This document shows positions 9,096-18,211 of a stretch of 18,265 bases of DNA, piece after piece. The DNA lies in NCBI GenBank assembly GCA_964388035.1, contig CAYLZE010000105.1:1-18265 (forward strand), read 5' to 3'. The DNA comes from an uncultured archaeon. Lineage in GTDB: Archaea; Asgardarchaeota; Lokiarchaeia; Sigyniarchaeales; SOKP01. Position numbers and translations under genes: made by a program. The notes beneath the pieces were generated by a model, which was not told where the DNA came from, ran no database searches, and saw only the letters and a list, made by a program, of their open reading frames with translations. Position 1 is the first letter of the stretch; each line of letters starts with the position of its first letter.

Positions 9096-9558
9096 AATGC
9101 TATTTTTATAGAGAAGATTAATGAAATGTGTAATAAAGTCAGAAATTTGCGTGAGACATTTTCACAGCTATTGTAGGCAATAAAGATTATTTGAGCAATA
9201 AACCCTAATATAATGATTTATAAATTGGCGAATTATTTCCAATGTAATCCCAAATAGCATAATTATTGATTATAAGATTTATTTTAGTTAGGGTATCTCT
9301 TAAATTTTATTTCCTTTTTCACCATCGATCTCTACTTACTTTTAATATTTACATATTTAGAGTAAAATATAAATCATTTATAACCTTGATAAATTCACGA
9401 ATTTTAATTGCAAAGTTTATCCGTATTTATTAATACCATTTATTAAATTCCATTCATAATTTAATTTGAAAATAATACTTATAGAAAATTGAAAAATATC
9501 TAAAGTTGATATAAATAGTATTTTACTAAGTTATTAATTAATAATTCGGGTAAATTAA

Positions 9559-11355
9559 ATGCAAAAACATGTTGGGAAAAAAAGGTTACATGGCTCCATA
9601 CCGAAAATTGGAATTCGACCGACCATTGATGGACGAAAAATGGGCGTTCGAGATGCGCTGGAAGACCAGACAATGGAAATGGCGAAAAATTGCGCAGAAT
9701 TTTTAACCGAGAATTTAAAACATCCTAATGGCATGGAAGTTGAATGTGTAATTGCTGATACTACTATTGGAGGAGTAGCTGAAGCAGCGATGTGTGCTGA
9801 AAAATTTCAACAAAATAATGTTGGTCTTTCCATTACCGTGACCCCCTGCTGGTGTTATGGTGCAGAAACAATGGACATGACACCATTTATTCCAAAAGCA
9901 ATCTGGGGATTTAATGGTACTGAACGACCGGGTGCCGTGTATCTCGCAGCAATCTTAGCGGCTCACGGTCAAAAAGGGATTCCTGCTTTTGGAATTTATG
10001 GAAAAGATGTTCAAGATATTGATGATAAGACCATTCCAAAAGATGTTCAAGAAAAATTATTACACTTTGCTAAAGCGGGGCTAGCAGTCGCATGGATGAG
10101 AGGGAAATCTTACCTTTCTGTTGGCTCCGTATCCATGGGAATTGCGGGGTCAATCATTATTGATAAATATTTCCAGGAGTACTTGGGAATGAGAAATGAG
10201 TACGTGGACATGTCAGAAGTAAGCAGAAGAATAACGCAAAAAATTTATGACGAAGAAGAATTTGTTAAAGCTCTACAGTGGGTTAAAATAAATTGTAAAG
10301 AAGGCAAGGATCATAATCCTCCGGAATTAATAAAATCTAAAGAACAAAAAGACGAAGAATGGAAGCTCGTCATAAAAATGGCGATGATCATGAGGGATTT
10401 GATGGTGGGAAATCCCAAATTAAAAGAGTTAGGATATGGTGAGGAATCTTTGGGCCATAATGCCATCGTGTCTGGATTTCAAGGACAACGGCATTGGACA
10501 GATTGGATGCCGAACGGTGATTTTATGGAAGCCATCTTAAATTCCTCCTTCGATTGGACGGGTATCCGCCAACCTTACTTGGTTGCCACCGAAAATGATT
10601 CGTTAAACGGAATTACGATGCTCTTTGGACATTTATTGACGGGAACAGCACAAATCTTTGCGGATGTGAGAACTTATTGGAGTCCAAGCGCAGTGGAAAG
10701 AGTGACCGGTCAAAAATTGACAGGATTAGCAGAAAATGGAATCATGCATTTAATAAATTCGGGTCCAGCTGCATTGGATGGCACGGGACAGCAAATAAGG
10801 AATGGAAAGCCCGTAATAAAGCCATTTTGGGAGATTTCAGAAGAAGAAGTAAAGAACTGCCTCGATACGACCACGTGGCATCCCGCAACAGTAGTCTATT
10901 TCAGGGGAGGGGGTTTTTCTACCAAATTTCTAACGCAAGGCGGCATGCCGGTGACTATGTCCCGATTAAATATCGTGAAAGGTTTGGGCTTAATACTACA
11001 AATCGCAGAAGGGTGGACGGTAGATCTACCCCAAAAAATGCATGAAGTATTGAATAATAGAACAGATCCAACGTGGCCTAGTACTTGGTTTGCCCCCAGA
11101 TTAACGGGAAAGGGTGCTTTTAGGAGCGTGTACGATGTTATGAATTATTGGGGTGCAAATCACGGTGCTCTGTGCTATGGACATATTGGGGTAGATTTAA
11201 TTGTACTTGCTTCTATGTTGCGCATTCCCGTAAATATGCATAATATTTCTGATCAAAAGGTGTTTAGACCGAGTTCATGGCATGCTTTTGGAACAATTGA
11301 TTTGGAAGGGGCGGATTTTCGAGCGTGTCAAAATTTCGGACCGTTATATAAATAA
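9559..11355 (+). CDS. fucI: L-fucose isomerase (L-fucose/D-arabinose isomerase)
   Basis: [87 protein letters not shown]. Full length at 598 aa. Confidence 0.96.
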   Translation: MQKHVGKKRLHGSIPKIGIRPTIDGRKMGVRDALEDQTMEMAKNCAEFLTENLKHPNGMEVECVIADTTIGGVAEAAMCAEKFQQNNVGLSITVTPCWCYGAETMDMTPFIPKAIWGFNGTERPGAVYLAAILAAHGQKGIPAFGIYGKDVQDIDDKTIPKDVQEKLLHFAKAGLAVAWMRGKSYLSVGSVSMGIAGSIIIDKYFQEYLGMRNEYVDMSEVSRRITQKIYDEEEFVKALQWVKINCKEGKDHNPPELIKSKEQKDEEWKLVIKMAMIMRDLMVGNPKLKELGYGEESLGHNAIVSGFQGQRHWTDWMPNGDFMEAILNSSFDWTGIRQPYLVATENDSLNGITMLFGHLLTGTAQIFADVRTYWSPSAVERVTGQKLTGLAENGIMHLINSGPAALDGTGQQIRNGKPVIKPFWEISEEEVKNCLDTTTWHPATVVYFRGGGFSTKFLTQGGMPVTMSRLNIVKGLGLILQIAEGWTVDLPQKMHEVLNNRTDPTWPSTWFAPRLTGKGAFRSVYDVMNYWGANHGALCYGHIGVDLIVLASMLRIPVNMHNISDQKVFRPSSWHAFGTIDLEGADFRACQNFGPLYK

Positions 11356-11560
11356 TTAAAATTTATTTATTTTTCCTTATTCTCTAAACAAAATTAATCT
11401 TTTCGGTCTCTTATTTTCAAAATGACAAGAATTAAATTTATATGATTAAAATACAAAAATATCGAGAAAAAAATCATTGGTAAAAGTATCAATGAGAAAA
11501 TCGGGATTAATTTCCATTTAATTAGAGAAAAGCAATATAACTCATTTCAAGAGGAAAAAC

Positions 11561-11576
11561 ATGATTCATGAATCAT
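11561..11576. promoter_or_regulatory. Perfect 16-bp palindrome, candidate operator
   Basis: ATGATTCATGAATCAT equals its own reverse complement and lies about 130 bp upstream of the ArsR-type gene. Confidence 0.4.
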
Positions 11577-11708
11577 TATCTTACCATCTTCTCTTAGGAT
11601 GATTTCTCCCCATTAACAACATTTTAAGCCATTTTTAAAAATGCTAAGTTTTAGTAATAAATTTTATAATAATAATTATATAAAAAAAAGAATTAATAGT
11701 GATTAATT

Positions 11709-12467
11709 ATGATTGATAAAAAAATCTCTACATCAAAAGACAATACCTCAGAAATTTTAAGAGATAATTTACAGAAAAGGTTAGATTTAGCAGAGAGTTT
11801 ACAAAAATTTACCAGAACACGAATCTTGATGCTATTATGGGCTTATAAGGAATTAAGCGTCAAGGATTTATGTGATAAACTGGGGAAAAGTTGGCCGACG
11901 GTAAATAGACATTTAGAAGATTTAAATGACGCGGGGGTTCTCGATGTTCGTGAAGAAAAATCTCCAGGACCCAAGAACAAAAAACTCTACTCCATGAAAC
12001 CTAATATTTTAATGTACACCAGAATTGCCTTTCGTGATATTGAAGGATTGAGCACTGAGGATACTAAGAAACTCTTCATGAAAGGGTTTATTTCAGATGG
12101 AAAAACCATGGAAATATTAAAGAGCGTTTTGGAAGATATCACCCCCTATTTCAATGTTCTACAAGACATGTTAAATATGGAGGATATCAAAACTCATGAT
12201 GCCCTGAAGAAGTTCATGATAGAAAATAGAGTAAGCTATTATATTGAAGCGTTGGATGAAAAAGAATTTGAGTTTTATTTAAAAAAATACTCCGAATTAT
12301 ATAATGAATTGGTTAATTTCAGGAAAAAAAGACTGGAAGAATTGAAAGGAGAAAAAATTGAACGCCCATATCTTACTTGCCACATGCTTTTACCCATCAA
12401 GAAAATTCAGGAAGCACGTGTTCAACGTATTTGGCAAGTTCCTGAAATGAAATCAGAAAAAGGATAA
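11709..12467 (+). CDS. ArsR-type winged-HTH transcriptional regulator with an extended C-terminal domain
   Basis: TRTRILMLL...ELSVKDLCDKLGKSWPTVNRHLEDLNDAGVLDVREE...KKLYS, followed by about 150 aa of unassigned C-terminus. Confidence 0.8.
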   Translation: MIDKKISTSKDNTSEILRDNLQKRLDLAESLQKFTRTRILMLLWAYKELSVKDLCDKLGKSWPTVNRHLEDLNDAGVLDVREEKSPGPKNKKLYSMKPNILMYTRIAFRDIEGLSTEDTKKLFMKGFISDGKTMEILKSVLEDITPYFNVLQDMLNMEDIKTHDALKKFMIENRVSYYIEALDEKEFEFYLKKYSELYNELVNFRKKRLEELKGEKIERPYLTCHMLLPIKKIQEARVQRIWQVPEMKSEKG

Positions 12468-12614
12468 AAACACTATATTTGTTTGATCATTATGGTCAAT
12501 ATCTTTAAACAATTAATTTAAAATCTATTTTCTATTACAAGACAATTGCATAATATAAATTGTGAAAATTATAAAAAGTAAAAAGAAATATATTCATGGA
12601 TTCAAATCATGTAT

Positions 12615-13205
12615 TTAAAATAGATCCTCCTTACTTGTGAGCATTGCAAAGCTGCCATAAAAAACTCCGTTTATTACTCCAACTACAATTAAAATAATCA
12701 TCAATAACAGGAAGGAAGCTCCTATTTGACTAAAAATGGGAACTTGTGATATAGTTAAGGATGATAAGGTCATTCCAGAAATCTCTAGAATATATAAAAT
12801 AACGATAATTATTGCACAGCTCACGACTGAAATTAAAAACCATGCGCCAAAAGCCGCCGCTTTCCCCCCAGCTAATCGCCCCACGATCAAGGCTGTTATT
12901 AGTGGAATTACAAAGAATCCTATTGAACTTATAATTGCCGGTAATGAAAAGGGGCCTACTGATATGGCTTCTAAAGAGGGTACCCCGGTCAAGCTAAATA
13001 TATTGCCCAAAAGCATGAAGAGGGTAATGAAGGGAGGTAAAGTAATCGCCTCAAACAATATCATTCCAATAGCTCCCAGATTAGTCAGTGCGGCGAAAAA
13101 CGAATTAATAGTTCCCGTTAATAAACTAATAAATAGCGAAAATGCAAAGTTTAATACAATGAAGATCAGTAATCCAACTCCAAATCCTTTTCCAAAACTT
13201 CCCAT
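12615..13205 (-). CDS. Hypothetical integral membrane protein (about 5 hydrophobic segments)
   Basis: 196 aa, almost entirely hydrophobic and Gly-rich with short loops. No family recognised. Confidence 0.75.
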   Translation of the reverse strand: MGSFGKGFGVGLLIFIVLNFAFSLFISLLTGTINSFFAALTNLGAIGMILFEAITLPPFITLFMLLGNIFSLTGVPSLEAISVGPFSLPAIISSIGFFVIPLITALIVGRLAGGKAAAFGAWFLISVVSCAIIIVILYILEISGMTLSSLTISQVPIFSQIGASFLLLMIILIVVGVINGVFYGSFAMLTSKEDLF

Positions 13206-13468
13206 GACTATACTCTCGATTAATTTTAGTAACTAGACAAATTTAAACTGCCTTATTTATCTTAGTATTATTTCAGCCTTATAATTTTTTAGTAGTCCAT
13301 TATTTATCTCATTTTTTCTTACATTTTGCTGTTAAATTTTAGTTTTTACCATTCTAGTTAATGGTTCTTCAGCTTAAATATTACAAAAGAATAAAATTTA
13401 TTATCCTTTCAGTTAAATCTTACTTAATAATAAATTTACATGCAATACATTTAAACTATTAATCTGGT

Positions 13469-14935
13469 ATGCAAAAAATGACTGAATTTGAACCTAAAGT
13501 CGTAAAGAAGGAAGAATTAGACAGAATCCCATTGGGAGTCAACGAAGAAGATTTATTGGAATTCGAGAAGCACACCTTAAACTCATTCGTGGAAGACATG
13601 ATTCCCATTGAAGCAAAAGAACCCGGTTCTGCGTGGGTACGAGTACGAGCAAAAGACGGAAGCATGAAGGAAATTTTGGATGTTACGTCGATGAATTGGG
13701 TCTTGACGTTAGGTTTTGCCCATCCCGATGTAAATTATGCTGTCATGCAACAAATGAAAAAATTAACTCATGTGCGGTATAATGTAGCAACACCTTCCAG
13801 AATCAAGCTCGTTAACAAATTATCAGAGCTAGCCCCTGGAAAGCTTAAAGGAGGGCGAGTCTCACTGAATTGTGAAGGTGGGGGGATGGCCAATGAAGCT
13901 GCGATGAAGTTGGCGTTAATGGAATCAAAAGGCGCAGATCTCTTTGGAGTATTTTGGGGAGGATATCATGGAAACTCTTTAGTTACAATGACGGCATCCC
14001 AACCCATCCATGTTGCCACACGATTTACCAGCCTTGCCCAGGAAAATTTTTTCAGAATGCCATATCCTTATTGCTACCGATGTTTATGGAATTATAAGGA
14101 AGGACTCTATGGAAAAAAAGATCCTAAATGTAATTTAGAATGCTTTAACCTGGTGGATCAATATATAAGAGGAATGGCACCTCGTAGATTAGCAGGTGTC
14201 CTCATTGAACCAAACCAAGCAGGAGGAGGACAGATCCCTGCTCCGCCCGAGTTTTTGTTGAAATTAAAAGAAACATGTGAAGAAGAAAAAGTATTTTTAA
14301 TATATGACGAATGTCAAACCTGCATGTGGCGTTGCGGTAAATATTTCACCCTAACGGAAAGATATGAGAAAGTGATGAACATGGATGTCTCTCCCGACAT
14401 GCTCACGATGACGAAAGGGCTCGGAGGAGGATTTCCCTTAGGAGGTTTATTAACCAGTTCAAAAATAAGAAAACAATTCGGACCCTCCGAAGAACATACC
14501 ACTTTCAGCTCGGATCCTTTGGCAATGGCCGCGTCCTATGCCGCCATTCGGGTCATGGAAGAAGGCAAATATGGCGAGAACTGTGAAAAAATGGGTGAAA
14601 AAATCACGAAGCGAGTCTTGGAAATGCAAAATGATTATGAGGTCATCGGGGATGTGAGGGGCGCGGGATTATTTATAGGAGTAGAATTGGTCAAGGATCG
14701 GGATACAAGAGAACCACATAATGATTTATGTGAGGAAATGATCTTATCCGCTCCCGAACATAACCTCTTCTTAGGAGAAAGTATGCCCTATCTCAGCGCT
14801 AAAGGGCAAATTCTAAGGCATAACGTGCTAAAGATAAAACCGCCCTTGATTATCACGGAAGAAGACTGCGATTTTATCCTGGAACAAATAGAAATCATCT
14901 TGAAAGAAGCCCTTAAAAAAGTCAAATATAATTGA
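13469..14935 (+). CDS. Class III (fold type I) PLP-dependent enzyme, AGXT2L/phospho-lyase-like
   Basis: LGFAHP, GGMANEAAMKLA, GGYHGNS, PYPYCYRC, IEPNQAGGGQI, LIYDECQT, PDMLTMTKGLGGG (PLP Lys), IGDVRGAGLFIGVELVKDR, HNVLKIKPPL. Confidence 0.9.
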   Translation: MQKMTEFEPKVVKKEELDRIPLGVNEEDLLEFEKHTLNSFVEDMIPIEAKEPGSAWVRVRAKDGSMKEILDVTSMNWVLTLGFAHPDVNYAVMQQMKKLTHVRYNVATPSRIKLVNKLSELAPGKLKGGRVSLNCEGGGMANEAAMKLALMESKGADLFGVFWGGYHGNSLVTMTASQPIHVATRFTSLAQENFFRMPYPYCYRCLWNYKEGLYGKKDPKCNLECFNLVDQYIRGMAPRRLAGVLIEPNQAGGGQIPAPPEFLLKLKETCEEEKVFLIYDECQTCMWRCGKYFTLTERYEKVMNMDVSPDMLTMTKGLGGGFPLGGLLTSSKIRKQFGPSEEHTTFSSDPLAMAASYAAIRVMEEGKYGENCEKMGEKITKRVLEMQNDYEVIGDVRGAGLFIGVELVKDRDTREPHNDLCEEMILSAPEHNLFLGESMPYLSAKGQILRHNVLKIKPPLIITEEDCDFILEQIEIILKEALKKVKYN

Positions 14936-14970
14936 TTATTTTTATTTTTCTTTCTATTTTTCTATATTTT
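14936..14970 (+). terminator. Oligo-T tract, candidate archaeal-type terminator
   Basis: TTATTTTTATTTTTCTTTCTATTTTTCTATATTTT immediately after the stop codon. Confidence 0.5.
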
Positions 14971-15131
14971 AAGTATCCTACTCGAAGCGGGTAGACCATT
15001 AACATTCTTTTTAAGTGGGAAAAATAGAGAAGATATTTCCATTAAAAAAATTGTTTTTTAAGAACTTTTTCCTCTTTCTTCTGTTAAAGATACTAAAAAG
15101 TATTTGAATAATTACTGATTAAGAGAAGTAA

Positions 15132-16253
15132 GTGAAGATTATGAAAATTGAAGAGTTTAAATTAGAAAGAACTCAGTCTTTGTGGGAGAATCTCGTGAAA
15201 TATAATCTCACCGAGAGCGACGTGCATCCCTATTCACTCAAAGAGCTCTTAAATGAAGAACAACTAGATGCTCTTTTAAACATGAATCTTGGATATGGAC
15301 AAACAAATGGTTCCCCGGAATTACGGGAAACAATCAGCAAGCTTTATCTGAATTCTGACCCGGATAATATATTAGTAACAAACGGTTCTGCTGAGGCCAA
15401 TTTCTTGGCAACGTGGTGCCTTCTCGAACCGGGTGATGAAATGATCTTCATGCTGCCAAATTACATGCAGATACAAGGCCTTGCCAAATCGTTCGGAGCC
15501 ATCGTCAAGTTTTTTCACCTTAAAGAGGAACTCCAATGGGAACCGGATATAGACGAATTAAACGGATTGGTAACTTCCAAGACAAAAATAATCTCCGTGT
15601 GCAATCCTAACAATCCTACAGGAGCCGTACTGAGCGATAAGGCAAGGGAAGAAATCGTAAAAATCGCTGAAGATGCCGATGCTTGGATCTATGGAGATGA
15701 AATTTATCGAGGAGCTGAATTAAGCGGTAAAGAAACGCCCTCCTTTTGGGGACTCCATGATAAAGTAATCGTTAATGGCGGGCTTTCCAAAGCATATGCA
15801 CTCCAAGGATTAAGGCTGGGTTGGATGGTTGGCCCTAAAAAGGAAATCGAAAAACTCTGGAGTTATAGTGACTATACGACCATCACTTCTAACTTGATCA
15901 GCCAATACGTGGCAAATTTAGCATTAAAACCCGAATTACGAGGTGAAATCTTAAGTAGAAACCGGGATGTTTTAAAGGATAATTTGGAACACATGAAAAA
16001 ATGGGTTCAAAAGCACGGCGATCTATTTCACTTTGTAGCTCCAAAAGCAGGAGGGATGGTATTCTTGAGATATAACATGAGTATTAATTCAACCGAGTTA
16101 TCTATCATACTGAGAGAAAAGAAGGATGTCTTTGTTGTCCCTGGAGATTGTTTTGGCATGGATAATTACATCAGAATAGGAATCGGAGCAAGAAGGGAAT
16201 ACCTTTTGGAAGGTCTTGATTTGATTGATGAGCTCTTAAAAGAAATTTCTTAA
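15132..16253 (+). CDS. Class I/II PLP-dependent aminotransferase
   Basis: LGYGQTNGSPELR, ILVTNGSAEA, CNPNNPTG, DEIYRG, GLSKAYALQGLRLGW (PLP Lys), VVPGDCFG, YIRIG. Start is GTG 15132 or ATG 15141. Confidence 0.92.
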   Translation: MKIMKIEEFKLERTQSLWENLVKYNLTESDVHPYSLKELLNEEQLDALLNMNLGYGQTNGSPELRETISKLYLNSDPDNILVTNGSAEANFLATWCLLEPGDEMIFMLPNYMQIQGLAKSFGAIVKFFHLKEELQWEPDIDELNGLVTSKTKIISVCNPNNPTGAVLSDKAREEIVKIAEDADAWIYGDEIYRGAELSGKETPSFWGLHDKVIVNGGLSKAYALQGLRLGWMVGPKKEIEKLWSYSDYTTITSNLISQYVANLALKPELRGEILSRNRDVLKDNLEHMKKWVQKHGDLFHFVAPKAGGMVFLRYNMSINSTELSIILREKKDVFVVPGDCFGMDNYIRIGIGARREYLLEGLDLIDELLKEIS

Positions 16254-16322
16254 ATTGTATAACTCTTCAAGGATAACATCCATTTTATTGAATCTTGGAA
16301 TAATTGCATCTTTATTTATCAT
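16236..16322 (-). pseudogene. N-terminal stub of a HepT/DUF86 (HEPN) toxin
   Basis: ATG 16322 overlaps the end of the MNT gene and reads MINKDAIIPRFNKMDVILEELYNLRNFF*, resembling DUF86 N-termini. It runs into the 3' end of the aminotransferase and has no RX4H motif. Confidence 0.5.
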
Positions 16323-16634
16323 CAGGTCCTAACACCTCTTCGATAGATAATCGATCAAAATAATCCAACATGGGCTTAATATCAACGTATTTAGAGATTA
16401 CTCTGATCTCGTATTCTGAATGGATGTTTTTGCAATATAATAAAATCCCCTCTTTTAAAACATTAAAGAGAAATCTCGGAGTAGCTTCATTTAAAATTCG
16501 CAGGTCAAGTTTCACGTTTTTATTGAGTTTTTCTTCAAAATTATTACATATTTCTCTTTATAAATCTCATCCTACGCTTTTTTTAACTCTTCAAATTTAA
16601 TAATTGAGTATTTCGGTCTATTCATCTGAATCAT
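16312..16634 (-). pseudogene. MntA-type minimal nucleotidyltransferase (antitoxin) with the catalytic core deleted
   Basis: The C-terminal part FEEKLNKNVKLDLRILNEATPRFLFNVLKEGILLY...YVDIKPMLDYF is typical of MntA. An upstream frame reads MIQMNRPKYSIIKFEELKKA*DEIYKEKYVII. The FGS...DxD motif expected between the two parts is absent, with the junction near 16540. Confidence 0.7.
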
Positions 16635-16782
16635 CAATGGATTGATATTAACGGAATGTTAATATTATAAATAATTAACCCTAACAAATAAATTACTTGA
16701 AACCCAATCTATTAAGAAAAGAGAAATTTAAATCTATAAATTAAATGGAATCGTCATGTTAATAACAGGAATGCTAATTTTC

Positions 16783-17661
16783 CTAAAGGGTGCCATATTT
16801 TTCCTTGTATTTTTCTAATTCTACTTTTAATTCCGTTGCTTTTTTCTTTGCTTCCATTGTTTCTTTTTCTGTTTCTGTTATTTTTTTTTCTGCCTCTAAT
16901 AATTTTCTTTCTTGCTCTAGTTTAAATTTTTCATATTTTGTTAGAAAAATAGTTGGTTCAAGTGGATCCAAAAAGACTAAGCGATAAAGTGCTAAATCTC
17001 CTTCATGAGTTTTTTTTAATTGCATCAATCCCAATCGAAAAGGTAAAATGTCCTTTACATCAATGATATTTTTCTCATTCAGATTTCCTCCCTCTATAAG
17101 CGTGACCTCTCGTAATTCTAATTGCTGATAGGTTCCTTTTTCCTCTAATATAAATACTCTTAAAAAGGGTGGACTATATACCTTACTCGTTACCATGTAT
17201 GGAGAATAAATTACATGTACTGGAATTCCCAAGTATCGACACGTTTCAACATTCTCACTTAAATCTGCTCTCCAGGTACTTTTAGACAAGATATTGATTG
17301 CCATATCCGGAATTTTCCCGCCATATTTAGAAGCATCGTAAGAAGAAATAGTATGGGGTATTTTAAGATCCTTAAAAAATGAAATATCAAATTGAATATT
17401 GATTTTTTTTTCCTTTAACGGTCCCTTTGTCCCAATAAAATAATGATGTAAATCCCATAATACCTTATTATCGGGAAAATTTGTAGATAATACATCATAA
17501 ATATAATTCACCTCATTCGAATGGGGTTCACTTTCTCGTCGTCCCAATCTAGGTTTATTGGGATCATATAAATCGGGTGGCGCATTTTCAATTCGAGTTG
17601 ACTTTTTCCGTTCCACATCAAAATAATCTGAAGATACTGGGTCGACTTTCTTTTGAGTCAT
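16783..17661 (-). CDS. Uma2/DUF820-like (restriction-endonuclease fold) protein with a C-terminal coiled coil
   Basis: RESEPH, QFDISFF, IPDMAINILSKSTWRAD and YLGIPVHVIYSP parallel the Uma2 pattern ESxxH...PD...PDxVIEVLSxST..D...LGVPEYxIxDP. The tail is an E/K-rich heptad repeat. Confidence 0.7.
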   Translation of the reverse strand: MTQKKVDPVSSDYFDVERKKSTRIENAPPDLYDPNKPRLGRRESEPHSNEVNYIYDVLSTNFPDNKVLWDLHHYFIGTKGPLKEKKINIQFDISFFKDLKIPHTISSYDASKYGGKIPDMAINILSKSTWRADLSENVETCRYLGIPVHVIYSPYMVTSKVYSPPFLRVFILEEKGTYQQLELREVTLIEGGNLNEKNIIDVKDILPFRLGLMQLKKTHEGDLALYRLVFLDPLEPTIFLTKYEKFKLEQERKLLEAEKKITETEKETMEAKKKATELKVELEKYKEKYGTL

Positions 17662-17700
17662 ACTATTCTAATTATTAAATAGATATTCAAACTAAAATAT

Positions 17701-17752
17701 TTATTCTTGATACCTTTCCAAATAATCAATAGCTATTTATTTTAAAAATCAT
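17701..17752 (-). pseudogene. Possible N-terminal stub of a VapC toxin
   Basis: ATG 17752 overlaps the antitoxin TGA (ATGA). It reads MIF, then IAIDYL in a shifted frame, resembling a decayed MIFLDTNxxIDYL. Nothing recognisable follows. Confidence 0.35.
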
Positions 17753-17991
17753 TTGAACTCCTCTAAAGTAGCTTTATTCCACTTTCTTCCTCCACGCGAA
17801 GTTAAACTATTCCAAATCTCTTTTTCTTCTTTTGTCAGTTTCCAAGTTCCAAATGATTTTTCGAGATTTGATTTTTTACTTTTAACTAACCTGAGAATTA
17901 GATCTGAAAAATTTTCATTCTCTCCCTTGATTTCAAGAAGTTTATTATATACTTCATTACTTATGCCAATTTTTTTAGGAGTCACAAGCAT
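17749..17991 (-). CDS. VapB-type antitoxin (archaeal DUF217/VAPB_antitox-like)
   Basis: KKIGISNEVYNKLLEIKGENENFSDLILRLV...EKSFGTW matches the KTIxISDEVYxxLxxxKxxxESFSDVIxRL...FGxW pattern. Confidence 0.8.
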   Translation of the reverse strand: MLVTPKKIGISNEVYNKLLEIKGENENFSDLILRLVKSKKSNLEKSFGTWKLTKEEKEIWNSLTSRGGRKWNKATLEEFK

Positions 17992-18211
17992 ATACAGTTA
18001 ATTATTTCTATTTATTTTTCCCGTTGATATTGAAAGCAAAATTTTCAAACGCACATCAATTTACTATGATAACAACAAATAAGAACTGAATTATGGATGT
18101 ACTCCGAAATATCTCGAATGTCTGAATCTGAAATTGTCAAATATTCCTTTACTTTTATAATAAATTGAGAATATTTATTTCTAAACCAAAAAAATAGAAA
18201 AAAGTTAGGAA

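Noticed and set aside
9096-9340. Possible decayed small gene upstream of the AKR on the minus strand
   Set aside because: Only short broken frames with no family motif, indistinguishable from AT-rich intergenic DNA.
10677-11045. 122-aa R/S-rich alternate-frame ORF inside fucI
   Set aside because: Composition typical of an off-frame read with no independent support.
12736-13236. 166-aa plus-strand ORF
   Set aside because: Antisense shadow of the hydrophobic membrane-protein gene with no recognisable motifs.
214-18001. Other small antisense ORFs (214-441, 1161-1343, 3340-3582, 4783-4986, 13459-13665, 14314-14502, 16370-16600, 16790-16987, 17753-18001)
   Set aside because: Each lies opposite a better-supported gene or pseudogene and has no motif.
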